From the NCBI GenBank assembly GCA_964519015.1, contig CAZFHZ010000003.1:13371-77370 (forward strand): DNA of 64,000 nt, in the 5' to 3' direction. This document shows, piece after piece, positions 9,338 to 18,770 of the stretch. A program made the translations under genes and the position numbers. Origin of the DNA: an uncultured Gemmatimonadota bacterium. GTDB lineage: Bacteria > Blakebacterota > Blakebacteria > Blakebacterales > CAYUVJ01. Under the pieces are notes generated by a model. The model worked only from the letters and a program-made list of their open reading frames with translations. It was not told the DNA's origin and searched no databases. Positions within the stretch are counted from its first letter, which is position 1. Each line of letters starts with the position of its first letter.

Positions 9338-9877
9338 ATGAGTGATCGGTACGAAGTACGGCTGAGCGGCGCAGGTGGCCAGGGGCTCATCCTGGTCGGC
9401 AAGATCCTCGCCGAAGCCGCTGCCATCTACGACAACAAGAACGCCACCCAGAGTCAGTCCTACGGACCGGAAGCCCGAGGCGGAGCCAGCCGTTCGGAAG
9501 TGATCATCAGCGACGGGGACATCGATTACCCCAAGGCGACCCACATCGATCTGCTGCTCGCGATGACCCAGGAAGCTGCGGACAAGTACGCCCAGGACGT
9601 CAAGCCGGGAGGCGTGATCATCGTCGACACCTCCTACGTCGAGCGGGCGCCGGCCGGTGAGTTCTCAGTCCACGCCTATCCGATCACCAAACTCGCGGAA
9701 GAGCAGGTGGGACGGGCCATCGTCGCCAATATCGTGGCGCTCGGCATGATCCAGAAGATCTCCGGTATCGTGAGTGAGGATGCTATCCTGACGGCTATCC
9801 GTTCCCGGGTCCCCAAGGGCACCGAGGAACTAAACATCAAGGCGTTCCGGATCGGTCAAGAGCAGGCCGCACAGTAG
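9338..9877 (+). CDS. 2-oxoacid:ferredoxin oxidoreductase gamma subunit (second copy)
   Basis: MSDRYEVRLSGAGGQGLILVGKIL...QSQSYGPEARGG... is a PorG/KorC paralog of 5438..6034. Possible sigma70 promoter TTGACC-17-TAGACT upstream. Confidence 0.75.
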   Translation: MSDRYEVRLSGAGGQGLILVGKILAEAAAIYDNKNATQSQSYGPEARGGASRSEVIISDGDIDYPKATHIDLLLAMTQEAADKYAQDVKPGGVIIVDTSYVERAPAGEFSVHAYPITKLAEEQVGRAIVANIVALGMIQKISGIVSEDAILTAIRSRVPKGTEELNIKAFRIGQEQAAQ

Positions 9878-9898
9878 CCGGCCGGGGCACCCGACCCG

Positions 9899-12880
9899 AT
9901 GGATCCCCTGACCACCATCGAGACCCGGGTCGAAGCGCTCGGCAACCACTACCGCAAGTATGTCGAGGTCATTCGCCGTCACGGGGAGGGCCTCTTGTCG
10001 GCTCTGGAAGCCGACGGCAGCCTGATGCAGGTGCACCTGTGGGGCTCCTCCTCGTCACCGGAGGAGGAGATGCGCGGGATTGTGCATCTCCCGGGGGACG
10101 TGCCGACCCGTATCCGCCGGTTGAGCTGTTACTACGCCGCACAATACCTCCACATGCACTTCCGGCATCTCGACATCCTCTCCCTGGAGCGGACCTCGGG
10201 AGATCCCATCCAGGGGGCCTACTTGCGGTTCATGCGCGATATCGGCAACGATTTCCGGCAGCTCACCAAGGGGTACATGGAGAACGTGCTGGAACTCTAC
10301 CTGGTCGAGGTCGAACGGCCGGAGTTCTTCATCTGCTCGGTCGGGACCCGGGCCGATCAGGATGATATCGACGTCGGTATCATCACCTCCGGCGAGGGGG
10401 ATGACGGCGCCCTCAACCGCGCCGTACAGCGCCTGACCCAGCACATGCTGGTGTACGCCACTCCTCTCCACCTCTATCTGTCCGAACACGTCGGGAATGA
10501 GCTCTATACGAGCACCATCGCGGAGTACGACGACTTCCTGGATCGCCAGATCGGTGACGTCGTGATCCTCTCCGAACTGGTCAACGCCAAGATGATCCTG
10601 GGGAGCGAGCGGCTCTTCGAACGGTTCCAGCGGGAGATCATCGCCCGTTACTTCCACGGGACCGGCTGGGACGGACGTTACCACGAGGGTTTCCTGCGCG
10701 GCATCATGGGGGAGGCCCGTGCCCTGCTGGTCAGTCCCCTCCGGTCCGAATCGGTCGCGCCCAAAGAGGACGCCCTCCGGATCATCAAGCATCTGCTCTA
10801 CGCCAAGAAGGCCCGATACGCCCTGCCCGAGGTGAACGCCTGGGACATCATGGCCGCGCTCTCCGCCCGGGAGCCCCGGCTCGTGCTCCAGTATGAGCAG
10901 CTCCACCGATCGACCACCTTCCTGGAGATGTTCAAGTTCCAGCTGCAGATGTATGTGGCCCAGGAGGACCTCTTCCGCCTCGAGGAGATCGATCCGGGGC
11001 AACGCACCCGCATCGCCGAACAGATGGGGTACGGCTCCATAGGGAAGGTCGGGGCCTGGGAGCAGCTGGTCATCGACTACTACCGTCATGTCACCGAGTC
11101 GCGTTCCATCTGTGAGTACCTGTTGCGTGACCTCACCGGGCATCTGAGTGCCGTCTCCATCTTCACCGGTATGTTCCGGGCCCGTGCCGTGCCGGGACCG
11201 GACGGGGAAACCCGGGATGTCCTGGCCCGGGACTTCATCCACACCGCCCGCTTCTTCACCGGGACCCGGTATTGGGAGGATGTCCTCCACCGGCTGGAGA
11301 CCGACCACGCCCTCCTGGACGACTTCATCGACAGCTTCGAGCGGATGGACGAGGAGGAGGCTGCCGGCACGATCGAGGAGTACGTCGGCTGGACTGAGCA
11401 CACCCCGATGACCATCATCCGGCTGATCACCCTGCTCGGCCGGCACCAGGAGAACGTGCTCGGGGAGTCTGTCTTCCAGCGCATGGTGGACTGTTTCATC
11501 GACCAGCTGGAACACATCCCCTACATCGGCGATCGTCTGAGCCGGGTCTACGGCCACTTCCCCGAATACCTGCACCGGTTCCTCAACCACCTCCCCGAAC
11601 GACACTTCGAACGGCTGGAGTCCCTGCTCGCCCGGCCCCTCATTGACAACAGCCTCAACGAGTCCCGCCGGCACCTGGGGGAGCTCTGCGATATCCACCG
11701 CTGGTCGAGCCAGTACTTCCATCGTTTCTTCGTCCGGGTGATCGCCAACCACCCCGAGTACCTGACCGCCCTCCCCTACCCCGAACAGCTGCGGACCATC
11801 TCCTCGGGGCTGCTGGCCAAGGTCGATCTCCACACCGACCTGACCCTGAAGAAGGAGGTACTGGGCGACTACTACGACCTCGAGTTCCTGCGGGTCGGGA
11901 TCGGTACGCTGCAGGGGGTGGACCTGGCCGCGACCAACCGGGAGTTCACCCTCTTCTGCGACCATTACATCCAGAAGCTCTTCGACGTCTGCTGCGAGGA
12001 GGTGGAACGGGAGAGCGGAGCCCGGGCCCCCAGTACGGACACCTTCGCCCTGCTGGCGGCCGGTGGACATGCCCGCGGACAAGCCTACGACGACGATTAC
12101 GATCTCATCGCGATCGCCCATACGGACGACGAGCAGCTGCTCGGTTATGCGACCAAGGTCATCGTCCGGATGAACCGGGAGATCCTGAGACGGGGTGTGC
12201 TCCCCCACCATCGACTGGGGGACATCCTGGGTGGCTTCGTCAGCCCCGTTTCCCAGATCGTCACCTATCTCGATTCCGGCGACGAGGAGTGCTTCATCGA
12301 CCTCTCCCAGCTGCTCGGGGCCCGGATGCTGGTCGGGAGCGGGAACATGCAGACGGTGCTCCAGGAGAAGGTGCTCGCCCCCTTCGTCGTCCAGCGTCGC
12401 CGGGAATACCTGGAGTGCATGCTGGAAGAGATCCTCCAGCGCCAGGACGAGGAACCCTCCTGCGAGAAGGGAGAGGCCTGTAACATCAAGGAGACGCGGG
12501 GGGGACTCCGGGACATCGAGGCGACCATGCTGGTGCTGAAAGCATGGCTCGGCATCACCGAACCGATAACCGAGGACGCCTTCCACGAGCTGGAGAGACG
12601 GCTGCCCGACCTCGCCGGGATCCTGCGGACGCTCCACGGCGCCATGGACGAGTTGCGTACCGTGCGTGACCTCTACCGGCTGACGGTGGCCGCCGAGGAC
12701 ACCATCATCCCGGGTTACCTGGAGCGGATCGACCGCGTCCGTCGCCTGGCCGACCCGGGCCTCGATGCGATCACGGTGGAGGGGCTCCGGCGGACCCTGG
12801 AGGCATCGGCCGGGGCCTGCGGCGCGGTGATCGAGTACCTGCGCGGTCTGCTGGCTGCCCCCGAGGCAGCCGGAGCCTGA
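9899..12880 (+). CDS. Large (993 aa) tandem nucleotidyltransferase protein, GlnE/GlnD-like (two NTase-fold motifs). Function unknown
   Basis: Two GS/GlnD-type NTase signatures: ...ICSVGTRADQDDIDVGII... (N-terminal) and ...LLAAGGHARGQAYDDDYDLIAIAH... (C-terminal, a good match to GxxxRGExxxxSDxDL). Size and bipartite layout resemble GlnE (about 950 aa). No closer recognition is possible by eye. Confidence 0.4.
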   Translation: MDPLTTIETRVEALGNHYRKYVEVIRRHGEGLLSALEADGSLMQVHLWGSSSSPEEEMRGIVHLPGDVPTRIRRLSCYYAAQYLHMHFRHLDILSLERTSGDPIQGAYLRFMRDIGNDFRQLTKGYMENVLELYLVEVERPEFFICSVGTRADQDDIDVGIITSGEGDDGALNRAVQRLTQHMLVYATPLHLYLSEHVGNELYTSTIAEYDDFLDRQIGDVVILSELVNAKMILGSERLFERFQREIIARYFHGTGWDGRYHEGFLRGIMGEARALLVSPLRSESVAPKEDALRIIKHLLYAKKARYALPEVNAWDIMAALSAREPRLVLQYEQLHRSTTFLEMFKFQLQMYVAQEDLFRLEEIDPGQRTRIAEQMGYGSIGKVGAWEQLVIDYYRHVTESRSICEYLLRDLTGHLSAVSIFTGMFRARAVPGPDGETRDVLARDFIHTARFFTGTRYWEDVLHRLETDHALLDDFIDSFERMDEEEAAGTIEEYVGWTEHTPMTIIRLITLLGRHQENVLGESVFQRMVDCFIDQLEHIPYIGDRLSRVYGHFPEYLHRFLNHLPERHFERLESLLARPLIDNSLNESRRHLGELCDIHRWSSQYFHRFFVRVIANHPEYLTALPYPEQLRTISSGLLAKVDLHTDLTLKKEVLGDYYDLEFLRVGIGTLQGVDLAATNREFTLFCDHYIQKLFDVCCEEVERESGARAPSTDTFALLAAGGHARGQAYDDDYDLIAIAHTDDEQLLGYATKVIVRMNREILRRGVLPHHRLGDILGGFVSPVSQIVTYLDSGDEECFIDLSQLLGARMLVGSGNMQTVLQEKVLAPFVVQRRREYLECMLEEILQRQDEEPSCEKGEACNIKETRGGLRDIEATMLVLKAWLGITEPITEDAFHELERRLPDLAGILRTLHGAMDELRTVRDLYRLTVAAEDTIIPGYLERIDRVRRLADPGLDAITVEGLRRTLEASAGACGAVIEYLRGLLAAPEAAGA

Positions 12881-12952
12881 AGACACCGACGGCCGGGCGG
12901 TTGTGCCTGCCCGGCCGTGGTCCTGCCCGGAGTGCCCGGGGTCGACGGCGGT

Positions 12953-13822
12953 TCAGGCGACGGCGGCCGTCTCCTCCCCGACCTCCTCGGCGACCGTAGC
13001 CGGGTAGCGGACCTCGCCCCCCAGCTGGCGGATCAGTTCCTGGTAGCGGGCCGCATACTCCGGCCGGCGCTCGTTGTGGAGGACGCCGGTGACGATCTTC
13101 CCCTCCAGCTCCTCGGGACCCATCCTGGCCGCCTTGGCCACGTCCACTGAGTTCTCCTTCTGCCACCGGAGCATATCGGCGGGAGTCCCCATCTTGTTGA
13201 GTTTCCCGTAGATGGTCGGGCAGGCGACGGTGACCTCGACCAGGCTGAAGCCGGGGTTGAGCAGTGCGTCGCGGATCAGTTTCTCCAGCCGGCGGGCATG
13301 GAAGGCGGTCCCCCGGGCCACGTAGGTGGCTCCGGCCGCGATGGCCAGCTTCGGGATGTCGAAGGCGGGGTCGAGTTGACCATAGGGTGCGGTGGTGGCC
13401 TTGGAGCCCAGCGGGGTAGCCGGGGAGACCTGTCCCCCCGTCATCCCGTAGATGTAGTTGTTCACCATCACCACGGTGAGGTCGAGATTGCGGCGGGCGG
13501 CATGGATGAGGTGGTTGCCGCCGATGGCCGCGGCATCGCCATCACCGGTCAGGATCACCACCCGCAGGTCGGGACGCTGGAGCTTCACGCCGGTGGCGAA
13601 GGGGATGGCCCGACCGTGCAGCGAATGGATGGTCTGGAAATCGACGTAGCCGGTCACCCGGGAGGAGCATCCGATACCACTGACCATGCAGATCCCGTCC
13701 TTCGACCAGCCGAGTCCATCGATAGCGCGCAGGAGCGATTTGAGCATGATGCCGTCCCCGCAACCGGCGCACCAGATATGCGGGAACTTGTCGACGCGCA
13801 GGTACTTCTCGTAGTCGAACAT
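12953..13822 (-). CDS. 2-oxoacid:ferredoxin oxidoreductase beta subunit (second set)
   Basis: PHIWCAGCGDG...GIGCSSR...GDGD...GGNHLIHA. ATG at 13820-13822 behind GGAAGGTAGGGGG. Confidence 0.85.
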   Translation of the reverse strand: MFDYEKYLRVDKFPHIWCAGCGDGIMLKSLLRAIDGLGWSKDGICMVSGIGCSSRVTGYVDFQTIHSLHGRAIPFATGVKLQRPDLRVVILTGDGDAAAIGGNHLIHAARRNLDLTVVMVNNYIYGMTGGQVSPATPLGSKATTAPYGQLDPAFDIPKLAIAAGATYVARGTAFHARRLEKLIRDALLNPGFSLVEVTVACPTIYGKLNKMGTPADMLRWQKENSVDVAKAARMGPEELEGKIVTGVLHNERRPEYAARYQELIRQLGGEVRYPATVAEEVGEETAAVA

Positions 13823-13826
13823 CCCC

Positions 13827-15020
13827 CTACCTTCCGTTCTTCCCGTTCTTGGGGTCACTCTCGAGGTTCTGGACCGTCAGCAGGATCTCCTGGGGGGTGA
13901 TCGGTTCACCGTCCACCCGGCCCTTGTGCCGGACCGGCAGGTCGCGTCCGGCCACCCGTCGTACCTCACGCACGATCATCCCCTGGTTCATCTCCGGGAC
14001 CACGATCCCGTGCAGGTGTCCCAGGTGGCGCTCGATCGCCCGGTCGGGGAAAGGCCAGAGGGTCAGCGGCTGAAGCAGTCCTACTCGCAGGCCCTGCTCG
14101 CGTCCCAGCCGCACCGCCGCGCGGGCGGACCGGGCCGTCGAGCCGTAGGCGAAGATCATGTACTCGGCGTCCTCCAGCAGGTACTCCTTGACCTTGACAA
14201 TCTCTTCCTCATAGCGCACCAGCTTGCGCTGCAGCCGCTCCAGATTGGCCGTTACCTCGACCGGTTTGCCGGTCGGGAACCCGGTCGGGTCGTGGGTCAG
14301 TCCGGTGACGTGGAAACGGTAGCCCTCCCCGTAACCGGCCATGGGCGGGATGTCCGACTCCACGGGTTCGAAAGGGCGGTAGTGGGCCGGATCGGCCACC
14401 GGTTTCGGCCGGCTCCTCACTTCCACCCGCTCGGGGATGACGAGAGACTCTTCGGTGTGTCCCACGATCTCATCGAGCAGGAGCACCACCGGGATTCTGA
14501 AGTGCTCGGTGAGGTCGAAGGCCCGGACCGTCTCATCGTAGGTCTCTTCGACCGTCGAGGGGATCAGCACGATCACAGCATGGTCGCCATGGGGCCCCCA
14601 CCGGGCCTGCATGACGTCCCCCTGCGAGGGAGAGGTCGGCATGCCCGTGGAGGGCCCGCCGCGCATGACATCGACCACGACCACCGGGATCTCGTTCATG
14701 CAGGCGTACCCGAGGATCTCCTGCTTCAAGCTGAAGCCGGGACCGCTGGTGGCGGTCAACGACCGCGCCCCGGCGATCGAGGCCCCGACCGCAGCGCCGA
14801 TGGAGGCGATCTCATCCTCCATCTGGATGAAGGTGCCTCCCCGCTTAGGGAGTTCCTCCGCCATATGTTCAGCGATCTCGCTGGATGGAGTGATCGGGTA
14901 GCCCGCATAGAAGTCGCAGCCCGCGGCCAGGGCCGCTTCGGCGCAGGCTTCGTTCCCGGCCATGAAACGCCGGGTCCCCTTACGGATGGTCCCGGCCGGT
15001 GCAGAGGATCTGTCGTTCAT
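13827..15020 (-). CDS. 2-oxoacid:ferredoxin oxidoreductase alpha subunit (second set)
   Basis: GYPITPSSEI...FIQMEDEIAS...TSGPG, paralogous to korA at 6920..8079. Confidence 0.85.
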   Translation of the reverse strand: MNDRSSAPAGTIRKGTRRFMAGNEACAEAALAAGCDFYAGYPITPSSEIAEHMAEELPKRGGTFIQMEDEIASIGAAVGASIAGARSLTATSGPGFSLKQEILGYACMNEIPVVVVDVMRGGPSTGMPTSPSQGDVMQARWGPHGDHAVIVLIPSTVEETYDETVRAFDLTEHFRIPVVLLLDEIVGHTEESLVIPERVEVRSRPKPVADPAHYRPFEPVESDIPPMAGYGEGYRFHVTGLTHDPTGFPTGKPVEVTANLERLQRKLVRYEEEIVKVKEYLLEDAEYMIFAYGSTARSARAAVRLGREQGLRVGLLQPLTLWPFPDRAIERHLGHLHGIVVPEMNQGMIVREVRRVAGRDLPVRHKGRVDGEPITPQEILLTVQNLESDPKNGKNGR

Positions 15021-15047
15021 GTGGGTACTCCGCGGGATGTCGTCGTC

Positions 15048-15257
15048 TCAGGTCACCGTGATGGCAAAATCAGGGCAGAGCAGTTCGCACTGGAGACAGC
15101 CTGTGCAGGCGGCTTCGTCGACCACGACGGCGACGAGACCTCTCATGTCCAGGACCCCGGGTTTGCAGAACTCGACGCAGATCCGGCAGCCCTTACACCA
15201 GTCCTCCCGGATCTCGATAACATGTTTACTTGCCTTGGTCGTCGTGCTCTCCGGCAT
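15048..15257 (-). CDS. 2-oxoacid:ferredoxin oxidoreductase delta subunit / 2x[4Fe-4S] ferredoxin (second set)
   Basis: CKGCRICVEFCKP and CTGCLQCELLCP motifs. 69 aa. Confidence 0.75.
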   Translation of the reverse strand: MPESTTTKASKHVIEIREDWCKGCRICVEFCKPGVLDMRGLVAVVVDEAACTGCLQCELLCPDFAITVT

Positions 15258-15349
15258 GGTGGACTCCCCCGAAATAGGTTGCCTGAGCGCAATATGGGAG
15301 GCCGTATCGACGAACGACAGCGGATAACGGACAAGAACGCCTTTTTTTA

Positions 15350-15369
15350 CACCTGTCGTGTAACAGGTG
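15350..15369. promoter_or_regulatory. Inverted repeat CACCTGT-N6-ACAGGTG preceded by a T7 run, about 90 bp upstream of the second korD. Candidate operator or atypical terminator
   Basis: Read directly from the sequence (ctttttttaCACCTGTcgtgtaACAGGTGc). Confidence 0.3.
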
Positions 15370-15392
15370 CTTCTCCCGGCCCGGCCGGGGGC

Positions 15393-15611
15393 TCAGACCT
15401 CTTCGATCGGACGGTGGTGGGGACTGATCGAGAAGGGGAACTCCTCTTCCTCGCCCAACGCCCATTCGAGCGTCCGGACGACCGCTACCAGGGTGGCGAG
15501 ACCGGAGATATCCAGGCCGGCCAGACCCCCCTGGCTGACCTGCAGCGTCGTATCCTGCAACGCTTTGCGCGCCTTTTCCAGGCGGTCACGAAGCTCGTTT
15601 TCGCCGCGCAT
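15393..15611 (-). CDS. Small hypothetical protein (72 aa, acidic C-terminus)
   Basis: ATG at 15609-15611 immediately preceded by AAGGAGGAG and placed directly after the stop of the upstream small gene. No recognisable family. Confidence 0.35.
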   Translation of the reverse strand: MRGENELRDRLEKARKALQDTTLQVSQGGLAGLDISGLATLVAVVRTLEWALGEEEEFPFSISPHHRPIEEV

Positions 15612-15624
15612 GCTCCTCCTTCGC

Positions 15625-15822
15625 CTATTCGTAGAGCACCAGGGCCGTGACCGTGTAGTCTCCCGTCCCGCCAACACCGCCCCACCCCGCCAACTGGATC
15701 TGGCGGACCACCGGCGGGGAAGAGCTGCCCGAGCGGAGCCAGGCGTTCATATCCCGCTCCAGAACGGCGACATTGGCACTGGCGAACAGTTTGACCTTCT
15801 GGGGGCGCTGCACCTGTGGCAT
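15625..15822 (-). CDS. Small hypothetical protein (65 aa)
   Basis: ATG (MPQVQRPQKVKLF...) behind GGAGA. The remaining 160 aa of the 225-aa ORF lie upstream of this ATG and have no RBS, so they are treated as non-coding. Translationally coupled to the next small gene. Confidence 0.3.
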   Translation of the reverse strand: MPQVQRPQKVKLFASANVAVLERDMNAWLRSGSSSPPVVRQIQLAGWGGVGGTGDYTVTALVLYE

Positions 15823-15896
15823 CGTCTCCACGTACGGACTCCTGTCGAGGGGATTCGTATCGGGTGAGGCCAGTATAGGGGGGGGCGGTGCGGGGC

Positions 15897-16502
15897 TCAA
15901 CCCCGAGCCGTCACCACCCGGCGACGGCGCTGGAGAAGGAGACGGGCGGCCAGCAGGACCAGCAGCACACCGGCATAGACCGCCGGTTCCCGGATGTCCT
16001 TCTTGACCGACCACCAGAAATGGATCACCCCCGCCGAGGCCGCCAGGTAGACCAGCCGGTGCAACCGTGTCCAGTTCCGGCCCAGCCGGGTCACCCAACC
16101 CCGGGTGGAGGTCACCGCCAGCAGAAGCAGGCAGAGCCAGCCGAGCATACCGATGTTGATGAAGGGGCGCTTGGTCAGGTCCTGCAGCAGGATGGGCAGG
16201 TCGAAGAACTGGTCGAGCCCGACATAGGCCAGCAGATGGAGGGAGCCATAGGTGAAGGCCGTCAGCCCGAGCAGGCGCCGGTAACGGACGAGAGTGTTCC
16301 ACCCGGTCAGCCGACGGAGCGGCGTGACGGCCAGGGTGAGCAGGAGGGTGCGGAGCGTCCAGAGGCCGAGCCGGTGGAGCACCTCCTCGATCGGGTTGGG
16401 TCCCAATCCACCGGTGACGAGCTGGAACGCCATCACTCCGATGGGCGTCAGCAACGCCGCCAGCAGAAGCACCTTCGTCAGGCGGAGGGAGCCGGGGCTC
16501 AC
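15897..16502 (-). CDS. msrQ: Protein-methionine-sulfoxide reductase heme-binding membrane subunit MsrQ (YedZ family)
   Basis: Six-TM ferric-reductase-like b-heme protein (conserved His in TM segments). Adjacent to msrP. Confidence 0.8.
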   Translation of the reverse strand: MSPGSLRLTKVLLLAALLTPIGVMAFQLVTGGLGPNPIEEVLHRLGLWTLRTLLLTLAVTPLRRLTGWNTLVRYRRLLGLTAFTYGSLHLLAYVGLDQFFDLPILLQDLTKRPFINIGMLGWLCLLLLAVTSTRGWVTRLGRNWTRLHRLVYLAASAGVIHFWWSVKKDIREPAVYAGVLLVLLAARLLLQRRRRVVTARG

Positions 16503-16503
16503 C

Positions 16504-17481
16504 TCAGTAGTTCTTCCTCAGGTCCATCCCGGCATAGAGCGACCCGACGTGGTCGGCGTAGCCGTTGAAGAGTAGGGTCGAACGGCGGAAGAACTCCCCG
16601 ATCCGTCGCTCCTTGGCCTGGCTCCAGCGGGGATGGTCGACCTTAGGGTTGACGTTCGCGTAGAAACCGTACTCCTGGGGTAAGGAGCGGTTCCAGGAGG
16701 TCGGTGGCTGGCTGCGGGTGAAGCGTATCTGCACGATCGACTTGATGCTCTTGAAGCCGTACTTCCACGGCACCACCAGGCGCAGGGGAGCCCCGTTCTG
16801 ATTGGGGAGCACCTCCCCGTAGAGTCCGACCGCCAGGATAGTCAGCGGATGCATTGCCTCGTCCATCCGGAGTCCTTCCACGTAGGGCCAGTCCAGTACT
16901 CGGGCCCGCTGTCCGGGCATCTGACGGACATCCTCGAGGGTGGTGAAGGCCACGTAGGAGGCATTGCCGTTGGGTTCGAAGCGGTTCAGCAGGGCCGAGA
17001 GCGGGAAGCCGACCCAGGGGATGACCATCGACCACGCCTCCACGCAGCGCAGCCGGTAGATCCGTTCCTCCAGCGGGAAGGCTTTAAGGAGGTCCTCGAT
17101 ACCGATCTCCCCCGGCCGGGCACACTCACCGTCCACCCGGACGGTCCACGGACGGGTGACCAGAGTCCCGGCATTGCGCCCCGGGTCGGCCTTGTCGGTC
17201 CCGAACTCATAGAAGTTGTTGTAGGTGGTGACCCCGGTGTAGGGAGTGGCGTCTTCGTCAGTATCGAAGGCACTCGGTCTCTTCACCCCCGGCAGCCGGG
17301 GGCGGGGAGTATCCTGAGCGAAGCCCTCCCCCTGACCCAGGAGGGGTCCTGCCAGCGAGCCCGCGACGGCCAGGGCGAGCGTGCCGGCAGCCTGGCCCAT
17401 GAATTCGCGCCGTCTCAGGTAGATCTCCCGGGGGGTGATCTGGGAGGCGGGCAGCTCTTTCGGTCGCTTCACGGGCATCAA
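16504..17481 (-). CDS. msrP: Protein-methionine-sulfoxide reductase catalytic subunit MsrP (YedY, molybdopterin)
   Basis: Tat signal ([11 protein letters not shown]) and YedY/sulfite-oxidase-fold conserved blocks ([35 protein letters not shown]). Confidence 0.85.
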   Translation of the reverse strand: MMPVKRPKELPASQITPREIYLRRREFMGQAAGTLALAVAGSLAGPLLGQGEGFAQDTPRPRLPGVKRPSAFDTDEDATPYTGVTTYNNFYEFGTDKADPGRNAGTLVTRPWTVRVDGECARPGEIGIEDLLKAFPLEERIYRLRCVEAWSMVIPWVGFPLSALLNRFEPNGNASYVAFTTLEDVRQMPGQRARVLDWPYVEGLRMDEAMHPLTILAVGLYGEVLPNQNGAPLRLVVPWKYGFKSIKSIVQIRFTRSQPPTSWNRSLPQEYGFYANVNPKVDHPRWSQAKERRIGEFFRRSTLLFNGYADHVGSLYAGMDLRKNY

Positions 17482-17490
17482 CGGCCCCTT

Positions 17491-18051
17491 TCAGTGTCCC
17501 AGGACCTCGTCCACGGCCGCCTGGAACCGTTCATACGTCTGACGCCCCGTGAGCGAACGGGCGATCCGGCCGGAACGGTCGTAGATGAAGGTCTGCGGGA
17601 TGCCGCCGGACCAATCGTCGGACAGCTTATAGAGGAAGTCGTCGTTGGCGGCCATGTCCATCAGGAAGGCCGCACCGGTGGTCCGGTGGGCGAAGAGGAA
17701 GGGTTTGATCCCGCTCTCCAGCACCTCCGGCTCATCCACCGAGATGGTGACCAACCGCACTCCGCGCGTCCAGTTCTCTTCCTGCAGGCGGACCAGCTCG
17801 GGGAACTCCTCCACACAGGGCCCGCACCAGGTCGCCCAGAAATTGACCACGACGATGTGTCCCTGCGCCGCCTGGTCGGCCACCAGCCGCCGGTAGGCCT
17901 CGATCCCCAGGGTCGGTACGTCCACCTCCTCCGCCGAGCCGGCCCGGAAGGTCTGGATGAAACCTCCCATCCCGTCCTCGAGAGCGCGACCGCATCCGCC
18001 GGCCGCCGACACCAGCAGCGCGAGGATCAGGGCTGCGCTAGCGCCCCGCAT
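17491..18051 (-). CDS. TlpA/ResA-like thiol:disulfide oxidoreductase lipoprotein (thioredoxin fold, WCGPC)
   Basis: Lipoprotein signal (LVSAAGGC) and VVNFWATWCGPC active site. Confidence 0.75.
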   Translation of the reverse strand: MRGASAALILALLVSAAGGCGRALEDGMGGFIQTFRAGSAEEVDVPTLGIEAYRRLVADQAAQGHIVVVNFWATWCGPCVEEFPELVRLQEENWTRGVRLVTISVDEPEVLESGIKPFLFAHRTTGAAFLMDMAANDDFLYKLSDDWSGGIPQTFIYDRSGRIARSLTGRQTYERFQAAVDEVLGH

Positions 18052-18649
18052 GACCGGTCCCCCCGATCACCCTCGTAATGGTGCATCCGAAAGCCCGCGT
18101 CTCGGTCGTGGGCGGTTGGCTTCCCTTCAACAACGCCTCGAGGGCAGCGGTCAGGTCCTTCTGGATGCTCTTGTCGTTACCGCGTGAGATCAGCCCGCCA
18201 TGGAAGCGGGCGGTGCCGGTGGCATCGAGGATCCACACCTCGGGAGTGAACTGGGCATCAAACCGGTCGGCCACCACGTTGCGATCATCTTTCAGGACCG
18301 GGAAGCCGAACCCGGCCCCGGCCGCATGGTCACGGACCTGATCGAGCGTCTCGGTATCGTTGCTGTTGACGGCCAGCAGGGCCACCCCCCGGCCGGCGTA
18401 CTCGGTCTGGAGTCGCTTGTAGTCCTCATTGCACGCGTTCGAGAAGGGGCATTCGACCCCGATCCAGAGCACCACCGTGAGCCGGGCGGAGGCAAGCACC
18501 TTGGTGAGCGTGACCGGGCTGCCGTCACGCACATCCCGCAGGGTGAAATCGGGCGCCTTCTCCCCGACCTTGAGCGGCTGCGGCGGCCCCGAGACCGGCA
18601 GCAGCAAGATCGCACTGAGCAGAAGGGCCGGGCTGAGTTTCGATCCCAT
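18038..18649 (-). CDS. Secreted redoxin/AhpC-TSA-like thioredoxin-fold protein (CPFS variant active site)
   Basis: Signal peptide. LWIGVECPFSNAC in a thioredoxin-like context. Confidence 0.65.
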   Translation of the reverse strand: MGSKLSPALLLSAILLLPVSGPPQPLKVGEKAPDFTLRDVRDGSPVTLTKVLASARLTVVLWIGVECPFSNACNEDYKRLQTEYAGRGVALLAVNSNDTETLDQVRDHAAGAGFGFPVLKDDRNVVADRFDAQFTPEVWILDATGTARFHGGLISRGNDKSIQKDLTAALEALLKGSQPPTTETRAFGCTITRVIGGTGHAGR

Positions 18650-18742
18650 AGAGTGTCCCGAGTCAGTCGTGGCGAAGCGGTCTCATCAGCTTTACGACGC
18701 CCGAGGTCGGTGGGGCGTTCCCGCCCCAGCCCCTGACAGACA

Positions 18743-18770
18743 GGGCCTGTCCGCAGGTACGGACAGGCCC
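18743..18770 (-). terminator. Perfect 11-bp stem hairpin (GGGCCTGTCCG-cagguac-CGGACAGGCCC) downstream of the 18817..19422 gene. Likely a U-tract-less terminator, as is common in high-GC genomes
   Basis: Inverted repeat seen in the sequence. There is no T-run, hence low confidence. Confidence 0.3.
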
